DNA from: Limnochordaceae bacterium
GTDB lineage: Bacteria; Bacillota; Limnochordia; Limnochordales; DUMU01
NCBI GenBank assembly: GCA_014896305.1
Contig: JADBKQ010000001.1
Location: 20,066 to 84,065 of the forward strand
DNA length: 64,000 nucleotides
Direction of reading: 5' to 3'
Below are positions 27,305 to 36,487 of this stretch, in pieces (position 1 is the first letter of the stretch; every line of letters begins with the position of its first letter). The notes under the pieces were generated by a model that worked only from the letters and a program-made list of their open reading frames with translations, was not told the DNA's origin and ran no database searches. The position numbers were made by a program, and so were the translations under genes.

Positions 27305-28096
27305 CTACCTTCCACCTGCGCTCTGGCCCAGCGGGTTCTCGTCCCAGCCGAGCTCCACAACCACCGGGCGATGATCCGAGGCTGTCGGGCTAGGCCACAC
27401 CACCGGCTGTCGCACCCGCAGGGAGCGTGAGACAAACACCAGATCGATCCGTTTGGTGGGATGATCGGCCGGATAGGTGGGAAGTGTCCCCCCAGCATCG
27501 ACCAGCCCGCTGTCGGCAGCAAAAAGCGGCGCCAGCTCTGCATCCCCTGGCTCAGCATTGAAGTCCCCCACCAGGATACAGAGCTCACCCTGCTGGATCA
27601 GTGGCTGCAGAATCTGCACTGTTTCTTCCGCCTCGAGTCGGCGTACGGCCGCGTCTCGCCAGTACAGGTGCGTACAGAAAAAATGGCAACGCCGGCCCGG
27701 AGCCGGCTCGACCACGACCTCTGGAAAGCCGGGTAACCGGTGCAGCTGCCGGGCAGGGTCATAGGTGCCAATACGGGAGAGCCCGTGATCCTGGGCCGAC
27801 CGCAGCGGCCAGCGAGACAGAATGCCGCAGCCGTACTGGCGGCGGCCCAGCCCTGGGCCGGCCGGCAGGTCGTTGATGGGCGCAAAAAACGGGAAGTATC
27901 CCACCGCCAAGGCCAGCTGCACCAGTTCATCATCGAACTGGCTATCGGGCAACCAGCGCCGGCCCACCTCCTGCAGCCCGATCAGATCTGCGTCAGCGGC
28001 TCGTATCAACCGCTCCAGGCGAATCAGGTCGTAGCGACCGTCACCGCCGATCCCGTCGTGCACATTCCATGTCATCACCCGAAACGTACTCGTCAT
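27305..28096 (-). CDS. Endonuclease/exonuclease/phosphatase (EEP) family protein
   Basis: RVMTWNV, IGLQEV, YG.GILSRWP, THL, GDFN, RID, SDH. Confidence 0.9.
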   Translation of the reverse strand: MTSTFRVMTWNVHDGIGGDGRYDLIRLERLIRAADADLIGLQEVGRRWLPDSQFDDELVQLALAVGYFPFFAPINDLPAGPGLGRRQYGCGILSRWPLRSAQDHGLSRIGTYDPARQLHRLPGFPEVVVEPAPGRRCHFFCTHLYWRDAAVRRLEAEETVQILQPLIQQGELCILVGDFNAEPGDAELAPLFAADSGLVDAGGTLPTYPADHPTKRIDLVFVSRSLRVRQPVVWPSPTASDHRPVVVELGWDENPLGQSAGGR

Positions 28097-28177
28097 CCTG
28101 TTTCGTCCTGTCCTTTTCTTGTTCTTGACGTCGCCGCTTCGAGGCGGAGTGGGCGGGTGGGACCTCCCCCTTCCCGT

Positions 28178-29437
28178 CTATTGCTCGTCGACAAACCGCC
28201 CCTTCACGAACTCGTAGGTCGCGTCGTACATGCGGCGCACCTCGGGGTCTAGTGAACTGAAGGCGTAGAGCAGCGCCTTCGCATCTTGATAGTAGGCTTT
28301 GAGGGCGCCGTTCATGTACCCAAACTGGACGCCGGCGCGCAGGTAGTCCAGGTAGCGCTGACGACCGCTTTCAGAGCTCAGGATTGAACTATCGGCCTCG
28401 ATCTCCACCCCCATCCCTTTCGCCCTGGAAATAGCGGCTGCTTCCTCCAGCCGGCTCTTGGGGATACTGGTGTTAAACATGTAGTTGGGTTGGTGAATGG
28501 CCACATCAAACCCCCACCTCTGCCAGTTTTGTACTCCCGGGGCGTTGAACCAGGGAATCCAAAACAGCAGGTAGCCGTCGGCCGCCAGCTGGTCGTGCAC
28601 AGCTTGCAAGGTACTCCCCTCGCTGCTGACCCCCATGTGCACCTCTTCTTCCACCCAGTAGAAGCCGATCAGCTCGAGGTTTTGGTACTTCTTCGCCTGC
28701 CAGCGGGCGAGCACTTGCCGCACGTACCATTGCACCGCCCGAGTGCGAGCGGCAGTCGCCTGGGCGCTGCTCTGCCTGATGACCGTGAAATCCTCGCTCA
28801 CGCCGTCCCCGTCCACATCGCCAAAGTCTCGCTGCGTGGTGATGGGGTTGGGAATCATGATGATCACTTTGCCGCGGTAGTCAGCCGGCCCCAGCCCCCG
28901 CTCTTTCGCCAACGCCACCGCTTGGTCAAAGGCATCCAGCTGCATCCCGTCGGCGAAGAGGTGGTCGATATACCACTGCCAGTCTTCCATGCGGGCGGGC
29001 GTCGCACGCGCCGGAGAATCGAACGCACGGCCCGACGGTGCTTGCAAGCCCAAGAACAGGTACGTATCAAAGAACCAGTCCTTCCAGTCCATCTGCAACA
29101 GGCGCTGGCCATTCTCATCTACTTTGGGTGTGCCATAGGCCACATACGGCAGAGCCGAGGCCACGTCCCAATCGCCTGCGCCGCTGCTATAGTAGCCTGT
29201 GTACACCAGGATGATATTCGAAGCGCCCCTTGACTTCGGTGTGCCTGGCGGAAAATACCCTGGTTCCGAGGGAGTGGCGGCAGCCGCTGCCAGCGAGCCC
29301 GCGATCCCCATGATGAACATCACCCCTCCAAAAACCTGCGCCCATCGCCGCCACCGGCTGGATGGCTGTCCCACCCGCCTCGGCTTGCCGGTTCGGCCCT
29401 TCTGATTCCCGGCATCACCTGTAACTCGCTTGCCCAT
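28178..29437 (-). CDS. Secreted DUF4855 protein (putative glycoside-hydrolase-like TIM barrel)
   Basis: DWFFDTYLFL, LIGFYW.EE, WIPWF.APG..W..GFD.A..QPNY, MGVEIE, YYQD; signal peptide. Confidence 0.8.
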   Translation of the reverse strand: MGKRVTGDAGNQKGRTGKPRRVGQPSSRWRRWAQVFGGVMFIMGIAGSLAAAAATPSEPGYFPPGTPKSRGASNIILVYTGYYSSGAGDWDVASALPYVAYGTPKVDENGQRLLQMDWKDWFFDTYLFLGLQAPSGRAFDSPARATPARMEDWQWYIDHLFADGMQLDAFDQAVALAKERGLGPADYRGKVIIMIPNPITTQRDFGDVDGDGVSEDFTVIRQSSAQATAARTRAVQWYVRQVLARWQAKKYQNLELIGFYWVEEEVHMGVSSEGSTLQAVHDQLAADGYLLFWIPWFNAPGVQNWQRWGFDVAIHQPNYMFNTSIPKSRLEEAAAISRAKGMGVEIEADSSILSSESGRQRYLDYLRAGVQFGYMNGALKAYYQDAKALLYAFSSLDPEVRRMYDATYEFVKGRFVDEQ

Positions 29438-29634
29438 GGTCATCCCCTTCCCACACGTCTGTACGGTCTGCCCACGCACCTACCTGGAGCAACGGGGAAT
29501 TCCACCTGGCACTCTCCAATCCTCCTGGGTACAATGGGAGCAGATTGCCGCAATGGCCTGTGACGCCTGGGCCAACCCCCGCGCGAATCGGCGAGAAAGG
29601 CAAGCCGCACAGACCATCCAGGGAGGAGCATGGT

Positions 29635-30612
29635 ATGCAGTCACGAGGTGCGCAACAGTATAAACCTGGCCGAGCCATCCATGGGACCTGGCTGGATTTC
29701 CACCATCCAAACTACCGGGAAGGCGACTACTGGAACGACACTACCGCTCAGTTTACCCCAGAAGATTGGGATGCCAAAATCGGGGAAATGATCGAGGCTG
29801 GCATGCGCCATCTGGTGATCATGTCCGTGGCGCTACGGGGTCGCTCGTTCTACCCGTCCCAGGTGATTCCCGAACGGTGGCCGCTCAAAACCGAAGATCC
29901 GATTGAGGCGGTGCTCCGGGCGGCGGACGCTCGCGGCGGGCGAGTCTACCTGGGAGTCGGCTTTTTCCACGAAGACACTGGTCGCTTCCTGCAGGATCCG
30001 GAAGGGGAGAGCGTGCAACGTTCCGTCTGTTCTGAACTGGCCCAACGCTACGCTTCCCATCCCTCGTTCGCTGGCTGGTATTTGCCGGTCGAAGCGGGCG
30101 TGCAGGGGCATTTCCCCGATGGGTACATCGAGTATACCAACACACTGGGAGGCATTTGTCGCCGGGCGGCGGACCAGCCCGTGTTCATTGCTCCGTATGG
30201 AACACGGTTGATCAAGCCGGACGACCGCTTTGTGGAACAACTCCGCCAGTTGGAGGTCGACTGGCTAGCCTGGCAAGACGAGGTGGGGGTTCGCAAAACC
30301 CGTGTCGATGAGCTGCCAGAGATCTACGAGCGGCTAGTCCGCACCCACCAGGCTGCCGGGCGGCGGCTTTGGATGGACATCGAGATCTTCGTTCACGAGG
30401 GAGAAGTGTATAAGAGTCCCCTGATTCCAGCGCCCTGGGAACGGGTGCGGGCACAGTTAGAAGCCATTCCCCTGGAGGTAGAAGAGGTTCTTTGCTATCA
30501 GTATCTGGGCATGATGAACAAACCGGGAAGCCCCGTCTTCGCCGGTCACCCCACGTCCAGTGCCCTCTACGCCAGCTACCGGGCGTGGCGTCAGCAATTG
30601 GAAGAAGGCTGA
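29635..30612 (+). CDS. DUF4434 glycoside-hydrolase-like protein (no signal peptide)
   Basis: IHGTWL, W...I.EM..AGM..LVI, YPS, DPIEAVL.AAD, HPSFAGWYLP.E, QDEVG. Confidence 0.75.
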   Translation: MQSRGAQQYKPGRAIHGTWLDFHHPNYREGDYWNDTTAQFTPEDWDAKIGEMIEAGMRHLVIMSVALRGRSFYPSQVIPERWPLKTEDPIEAVLRAADARGGRVYLGVGFFHEDTGRFLQDPEGESVQRSVCSELAQRYASHPSFAGWYLPVEAGVQGHFPDGYIEYTNTLGGICRRAADQPVFIAPYGTRLIKPDDRFVEQLRQLEVDWLAWQDEVGVRKTRVDELPEIYERLVRTHQAAGRRLWMDIEIFVHEGEVYKSPLIPAPWERVRAQLEAIPLEVEEVLCYQYLGMMNKPGSPVFAGHPTSSALYASYRAWRQQLEEG

Positions 30613-30748
30613 TCATCAGCACCCGACCTGTGGCCAGGCCGCCCGGGCCAGGCAAACCTGGCCCAGGCCGGGCTGCGGCCCGGCTGCCACCTGTGGCGAT
30701 CGTGGCAATAACAGGAGCAACAAATCTAGAAGAAAACCGAGGACGGGC

Positions 30749-30961
30749 CTAACGGCTCCGCTGCCGGGTAGCCTCCTCCACGGACAGAACCCCTGCCTTC
30801 ACCAGGGCCCGCTGGCGTTTGGTCAGCAATGAACATGGAACGCAATACTTGGCCGGCCCCGGCCGCTTGCTGATGTCCGCCCCGCAAACCTCACACACCT
30901 TGGTCCGCTGGGCCAGGCCCTGGCCGCTTTCGGCGCGGCTGGTGATTCTTGTCACACTCAT
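30749..30961 (-). CDS. Small Zn-ribbon protein
   Basis: CEVCG..AKYCVPC; GGAGG RBS. Confidence 0.55.
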   Translation of the reverse strand: MSVTRITSRAESGQGLAQRTKVCEVCGADISKRPGPAKYCVPCSLLTKRQRALVKAGVLSVEEATRQRSR

Positions 30962-31227
30962 TTCCCCAACCTCCGCGCAAACGTCAGCCAACCCTGGCTA
31001 CCGACTTCGTTACGCCATCGATAGCGTGCGACTGCAGACGTTGCTTGTCATTTCTGTTAATAAATTATACACCCATAGACTCTCGAATGGAACCGAGTCG
31101 CAGTGCTCCGCCGTGGAGAAGGAATCCCGCTCTGGCCGGCGAAGAATTGAATGGGTTTACCTGCTGGGAGCGTTATGACTCCACAGGTTCAATGATTTAT
31201 GCATCCAAAAGGAGGGTCTGTAGTACC

Positions 31228-31809
31228 ATGGCTCAGAAGAGAATCGCTTCGTTCCGGTTGTTGCGCCCCTTGCTGGCGACTGCGGCCAGCGCGGCGGTGG
31301 CTCTCTCGCTCAGCGCAGTTGCGATGGCAGAGCCGACCAACCTGGCCCTGGGACGTCCCTACGAAGTGACCGCATGGGAACCCAACCCTGAGCACGAAAA
31401 GATCGCGGCCACCTATCCGGATACGAACAATGTAGAGTTGACCGATGGCAAGGTCGACGACTCTGCCAACCTGTACAATGACGCCTGGGTCGGGTTCCTG
31501 CGCCAGGGTGGACGTACAGTGACGATTGACCTGGGACGTGAGGCCAATCTCTCGAAAGTGTTGATCCGGTTCCTGCATGCCCAAGGTGCCGGTATCGGTT
31601 TGCCCAATATGGTACAGGTCAGTTTCTCCCTGGATGGGACCAAGTATGGTCCGGCGATGGACCTGACCCCCCAGGAGGACGTCGAAAAGGATGCGACGGT
31701 CATTCCTTTCGCTGCCGATCTGCAAGGGGTGAAAGCCCGCTACGTCCAGGTCAGCTGGGATAACCCGATCTGGGTCTTCGTTGACGAAATCCAGGTACTG
31801 GGTGAATGA
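31228..31809 (+). CDS. Secreted discoidin/F5-8 type C (CBM32-like) single-domain protein
   Basis: AAGGAGG RBS; signal ending AMA; NLALGRPY, YPD..ELTDG, VTIDLG, ARYVQV, WVFVDEIQV. Confidence 0.8.
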   Translation: MAQKRIASFRLLRPLLATAASAAVALSLSAVAMAEPTNLALGRPYEVTAWEPNPEHEKIAATYPDTNNVELTDGKVDDSANLYNDAWVGFLRQGGRTVTIDLGREANLSKVLIRFLHAQGAGIGLPNMVQVSFSLDGTKYGPAMDLTPQEDVEKDATVIPFAADLQGVKARYVQVSWDNPIWVFVDEIQVLGE

Positions 31810-31854
31810 CTCATGTGCATGGAGGTCCGTGCTAGGTAGGTAGCTGGGGGCGAT

Positions 31855-31884
31855 GGGGGGTAAGATGATTACCCCCCTGTTTCT
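31855..31884 (+). terminator. Intrinsic terminator between convergent genes
   Basis: GGGGGGTAA-GATGA-TTACCCCCC stem followed by TGTTTCTT. Confidence 0.65.
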
Positions 31885-31917
31885 TGTAGGTTACTTTTCT
31901 TGCCAGGCGACGTTGAC

Positions 31918-33420
31918 TTAATAGGCCCACTCGAAGGGTTGTACCTCAGGGTACTTCATCAGCTCCGCTTTCATCAACGCCTCGATCCGGTGCAACGCCG
32001 CCTCGCTGCGCCCCTCACAACGAGCCACAATGACTGGCTGGGTGTTAGAGGCCCGCACCAGACCCCATCCGTCTGGAAAGACCACCCGTGCCCCGTCCAC
32101 CGCAATGACCTCTACAGGCCGCCCGGGATCTGATCTCTCTGCTGTCTCCAGCCGGGATCGGAAGGTATCCCGGATCCCCGCCACGATGTGGAACTTGGAC
32201 TCTTCCGTGCAGGGTACCCGTGTCTCCGCGGTGCTGCAGTAGTGAGGAATGGTGGTCCGCATCTGCGATAGGGACTGAGAGCTGTGAGACAGAATACGCA
32301 GTAAGCGGCCGGCCGCGTAAAAGGCGTCATCGAACCCGTAGTACTCGTCGGCAAAGAACATGTGGCCGGACATCTCGCCCGTGAACACCGCGCCAATCTC
32401 CTTCATCTTTGCTTTGATCAAGGAGTGGCCCGTCTTATACCACAAGGGCCGGCCCCCCAGCCGCTGGATCTCTTCTACCAGCGCCTGCGAACACTTCACC
32501 TCGACGATGGCGGTAGTACCAGGGTGACGGGGCAGAATCTCCCGCCAAAACAGTACCATCAACTCATCGCCCCAAAGAATCTGACCCTGATCGTCCACCA
32601 CCCCGATCCGATCCGCATCCCCATCGAAGCCAATGCCGGCATCCGCCTTCTCTGCCACGACCCGCGCGGCCAGGTCTTTCATGTTGGCTGAAACAGTTGG
32701 GTCGGGCTGGTGGTGCGGGAAGTGCCCGTCGGATTCACAGTACAAGGGAATCACTTCGCAGCCCAGGCCCTTCAGGTACGGAACGGCAAACAGGCTGCCC
32801 GTCCCGTTTCCGCAGTCTACCACGATCTTCAAACGACGAGGCCCGAGGCGGATCTTATCCTGGAGCATGCGCAGGTAATCGGGACCTTTATCGACTTGAG
32901 TCACCTGCCCGGAAGTAGCGGCCGCAGCCCCAGGCGTCTCCGCTCGGCCCTCGCTTGCACCTGCGACACCCGCTGGGCCGGGCGACACACCCCCCTGCAC
33001 TAGGCGCGCCGCCACCTCCTCGGCCCGCTTCCGCAAGTCCTGGATCTGCTCCCCGTAGATAGTGGCAAACCCGTGGGCCACCTTCAGCCCGTTATACTGA
33101 GGGGGATTGTGACTGGCGGTGATCATCAAACCGGCGTCGATCCCCATATCGATACGGGCGAAGTAAAACAGAGGGGTCGTGACTACCCCCAGGTCGACTA
33201 CCTGTTGGCCCCCGGCCGTGAGCCCACGCACCAACGCGTCTCGCAGGGCGAAAGAACTCCATCGATTGTCCCGCCCGACCAACGTTACGCTGTCGCCCAC
33301 GTCGCGGTAGTATTCAGCAAGGGTGCGCCCCAAGACCTCCATGACTGGCGGGGTTAATTCGGTATCAGCGAGCCCTCGTATGTCATACTCACGGAAAATC
33401 TCTGCTGGTATGCTTACCAC
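31918..33420 (-). CDS. Phosphomannomutase/phosphoglucomutase
   Basis: IFREYDIRG, ITASHNP, FDGDADR, GEMSGH, VRASNT.P. Confidence 0.95.
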   Translation of the reverse strand: MVSIPAEIFREYDIRGLADTELTPPVMEVLGRTLAEYYRDVGDSVTLVGRDNRWSSFALRDALVRGLTAGGQQVVDLGVVTTPLFYFARIDMGIDAGLMITASHNPPQYNGLKVAHGFATIYGEQIQDLRKRAEEVAARLVQGGVSPGPAGVAGASEGRAETPGAAAATSGQVTQVDKGPDYLRMLQDKIRLGPRRLKIVVDCGNGTGSLFAVPYLKGLGCEVIPLYCESDGHFPHHQPDPTVSANMKDLAARVVAEKADAGIGFDGDADRIGVVDDQGQILWGDELMVLFWREILPRHPGTTAIVEVKCSQALVEEIQRLGGRPLWYKTGHSLIKAKMKEIGAVFTGEMSGHMFFADEYYGFDDAFYAAGRLLRILSHSSQSLSQMRTTIPHYCSTAETRVPCTEESKFHIVAGIRDTFRSRLETAERSDPGRPVEVIAVDGARVVFPDGWGLVRASNTQPVIVARCEGRSEAALHRIEALMKAELMKYPEVQPFEWAY

Positions 33421-33575
33421 TGGCGCGGCTCCTTTCCATCCTCGTGCCCACTACGGACGGCTGTCTCTCCCACATTTTGCCCTCTTCGTTTCCGTTTTTC
33501 GCTTCTCCTGCCAGGGTGTCCGGCTCCAGCATGTCCTCCCAGAGGCCCACTACCCGCCCGCTGACCATCGGGTCG

Positions 33576-33604
33576 TATAATCTCCCCGGGGTTACCTAAG
33601 GTAA
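33576..33604 (+). promoter_or_regulatory. -10 box followed by palindromic operator-like site
   Basis: TATAAT 33576-33581; TTACCT-A-AGGTAA 33592-33604. Confidence 0.45.
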
Positions 33605-33724
33605 ACGTCCTAATCCTCATGGTCGCACCCCTCTGGTGGCCGGCGGCGACTGTGGCCGCGCTTCGCTTCGCCATAGCACCTGGGGATAGCGGCCTCCAGA
33701 TCGTCAGAAAGGGGCTTACTCACT

Positions 33725-34282
33725 GTGGACAGCCTTAAGAGAGTACTTCTGGCCGTCGTGCGCGTATACGTCGGTGCTCAATGGTTGCAGGCCGCCTGGG
33801 GCAAACTGACCAACCCGGCCTGGGTGGGCGACCATGCCGGGACGGCCATCACCGGATTCTTCCAGCACTCATTGCAGCTGGCTTCCGGTGAACACCCGGC
33901 CGTTCAATGGTGGTATGCCTGGTTCATCCAGCATGTCGCTCTGCCTTCGGCCGGTTTTTTCAGCTACCTGGTGCCTACCGGCGAGGCACTGGTGGGCATT
34001 GGACTCACTCTGGGCGCATTCACAGGCTTTTCCGCTCTGGTGGGAGCGTTCATGAACCTCAACTTCATGCTGGCCGGCGCCACTTCAACGAATCCGATTC
34101 TTTTCACTCTTGAAATCGTGCTTGTGGCTACCCGGAAGCTGGCCGGCGCGTATGGCCTGGATGCATGGTTGCAGCCACGGCTTCTCCCGCTGCAACAGTG
34201 GCTGCGGGCCCGGCTGCAAACCCTCTGGCCGCTGTCTCAGACGAGGGCGGCAGCCGCCTCTACTGACCAGGGCGCACGGTGA
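33725..34282 (+). CDS. DoxX/DoxD (TQO small subunit) family membrane protein
   Basis: RVYVG.QWL.A.W.K, WYAWF, GE.LVG.GL.LG, FMNLNFMLAG..STNP, GLD. Confidence 0.85.
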   Translation: MDSLKRVLLAVVRVYVGAQWLQAAWGKLTNPAWVGDHAGTAITGFFQHSLQLASGEHPAVQWWYAWFIQHVALPSAGFFSYLVPTGEALVGIGLTLGAFTGFSALVGAFMNLNFMLAGATSTNPILFTLEIVLVATRKLAGAYGLDAWLQPRLLPLQQWLRARLQTLWPLSQTRAAAASTDQGAR

Positions 34283-34504
34283 GGCTCATTCACTCGCTCC
34301 TGTTTCCTGGATGACGCTCTCCAGAGGACCTGTTGGATAGTCTACTTCCTTCCCAAGATGCATACAACGGCTCCGTGGCCGGGCTGGTAATGCGGGGATG
34401 GGTGCCGCCACCAGCCTGTGCCCGGAGCACATACTACCACCCCTCGATCCAATGCACACCCCCGACACTTTCGGCCGGCAAACCTGTTAAAGGAGGGGGC
34501 CATC

Positions 34505-35332
34505 ATGCGTTTGGACAGCTTGCCCGGCGCCCCATCCCCTTCGCCGTCATCCGGAGGCACGCCAGGCGGGTCCTCTGATGCTGCTTCTCTCATGGTCTCC
34601 GCCTCCAGCGTCGCTGCCTCCGCCCGTCAACCCATTTCGCTCCGCCAATTGCCTGGACGCCTTGTCCTGGCAGTCGATCGTGGGGAAGCCGTGGGGTACG
34701 TTCTTCAGCCCCTTTTTTCCGCTTCCTCACTACGGCTCGACGGGCTGCTGCTCGAACCGGCCACGCCGGCGACGACTCCTTCCCCTTCGGCCGCCACTCC
34801 CTCCCACAGCCCGGCGGGCCGAGGGGCTCGTTGGTTCCTGCTGTCCCTCACCGACCTGGTGGCCGTGGGCCCGGAAGCAGTGACGGTCCCGAGCCGCCTT
34901 CACCTGCACACGGTAACGGAACGTCCGGCGCTCGCCTCCCTGATCGACTGGTCCGCCCTCCCCGCCGGGCCCGACTCCCCCACTCATCGGCGCTGGCACT
35001 TCCCGTTCTGGGGCAAGTTCGGCTCCGCCGGGTTGCCGCCATGCGATGCACCCTCTTCTCTACCGGCTCGACCCGCCGCGCAACCGGCCTGGAGTGACCT
35101 GTTCTCGCTGCCGATCTTGACAGACCAGGGCGAACACCTGGGAACGCTGGACGACATCCTGGTGGAAAGGGTGGGGGGACGGCTGGTGCGGATCCTTTAC
35201 CGCCCTCCCGGCTGGTGGGCCCGCTGGAAAGCTCCGCTCGCCATGGGCAGCTCGCAGATCCGCACCATCGGGCCGGACGCGTGCGTCGTCACGACGCCGG
35301 AAGCGCCGTTCCCCCCGCCAACAGAGCGGTAA
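34505..35332 (+). CDS. Tandem PRC-barrel domain protein
   Basis: AAGGAGG RBS; two repeats of G+.+G..,+..+GP(E/D)A; L.I.TDQGE.LG.LDDI. Confidence 0.7.
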   Translation: MRLDSLPGAPSPSPSSGGTPGGSSDAASLMVSASSVAASARQPISLRQLPGRLVLAVDRGEAVGYVLQPLFSASSLRLDGLLLEPATPATTPSPSAATPSHSPAGRGARWFLLSLTDLVAVGPEAVTVPSRLHLHTVTERPALASLIDWSALPAGPDSPTHRRWHFPFWGKFGSAGLPPCDAPSSLPARPAAQPAWSDLFSLPILTDQGEHLGTLDDILVERVGGRLVRILYRPPGWWARWKAPLAMGSSQIRTIGPDACVVTTPEAPFPPPTER

Positions 35333-36374
35333 GAATCGCTTTATGAGCGTGGAGGCGGTTCTCGGCCTCGTCGAAAATGACCGAGGTCGGTCCGTCCAAC
35401 ACCTCATCCGTCGCCTCTTCCCCGCGATGAGCAGGCAGGCAATGGAGCACGAGTGCCCCGGCAGCCGCCCGGTTCAACAACTGCAAGTTGAGTTGATATG
35501 GACGCAGAACTGCCCGTTTGCGTTCGGCCCCCTGCTCCTGGCCCATGCTGACCCAAGTGTCAGTATAGACTGCATGTGCCCCGGCGACAGCGGCGATCGA
35601 ATCGGTGGTCCAAACGAGCTGAGCACCGGTGCGCCAGCGTTGGGCCAACGCCTGGGCTTGTTCGAGGATCGCGGCTTGGGGCGGATAGTCGGGCGGAGTA
35701 GCCACACGCAGGTGAAGGCCAGTCAGCGCGGCGCCAAACAGCAGCGAGTGAGCCATGTTGTTGCCGTCCCCGACGTACGCCATCGTATGGCCGGCCAGCT
35801 TGCCCCACTTCTCGGTCAATGTAATAAGGTCGGCCAGTACCTGAGTGGGGTGAAGGAGATCGGTCAACCCGTTGATGACGGGGACGCTGGCGTACCGGGC
35901 CAGCTCTTCTACCTCGTCCTGGCTGTATGTGCGAATTAGAATGGCGTGCACAAAACGGGAAAGGACTCTGGCCGTGTCCGCAATGCTTTCCCCCCGGCCC
36001 AGTTGCAGGTCAGCAGCGTTCAGGTAAAGCGCCTGACCCCCTAATTCGAACATTCCCACTTCAAAGGCTACCCGCGTGCGGGTGGAAGGTTTCTGAAAGA
36101 TCATGGCCAACGAACGTCCGGTCAGTACCGGCGTGGGTTCACCCCGCTGCCGACAAGCCTTGAGTGTACGGGCAAGGCCGATGAGAGCTTGGAGTTCCGC
36201 GGGCGAAAAGTCCCGTAGCGAAAGGAAATCTCGCCCTCGCAATCCGGCCAGCACCGGTGTGACCAGCCATTCTGCCAACGAGCGCGGCTCCTGAGCTTCC
36301 TGGCCTCCTGCCTGTTGGGCTTCACCCATTCCTTGTGCCTCCTGTCTGCCGCTCCTGGAGTATTCTTCGGGCAT
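35289..36374 (-). CDS. argF: Ornithine carbamoyltransferase
   Basis: KPSTRTR, HPTQVLAD, GDGNN, DTWVSMGQE, HCLPAHRGEE, AENRLH. Confidence 0.95.
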   Translation of the reverse strand: MPEEYSRSGRQEAQGMGEAQQAGGQEAQEPRSLAEWLVTPVLAGLRGRDFLSLRDFSPAELQALIGLARTLKACRQRGEPTPVLTGRSLAMIFQKPSTRTRVAFEVGMFELGGQALYLNAADLQLGRGESIADTARVLSRFVHAILIRTYSQDEVEELARYASVPVINGLTDLLHPTQVLADLITLTEKWGKLAGHTMAYVGDGNNMAHSLLFGAALTGLHLRVATPPDYPPQAAILEQAQALAQRWRTGAQLVWTTDSIAAVAGAHAVYTDTWVSMGQEQGAERKRAVLRPYQLNLQLLNRAAAGALVLHCLPAHRGEEATDEVLDGPTSVIFDEAENRLHAHKAILTALLAGGTALPAS

Positions 36375-36487
36375 CGACGCTGATGCCCACCGCCAACTCT
36401 CTCTTTCTCGCTCTCGCCGCCCTCACTGCGGCGGCTGCCTTTCGTTCCGCACAGAGTCCTGCGGGGAACGGCCACCTGTAGCTTGTG

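Noticed and set aside
31163-31177. cre/LacI-like site TGGGAGCGTTATGA upstream of the CBM gene
   Set aside because: Too many mismatches to the consensus, and poor symmetry.
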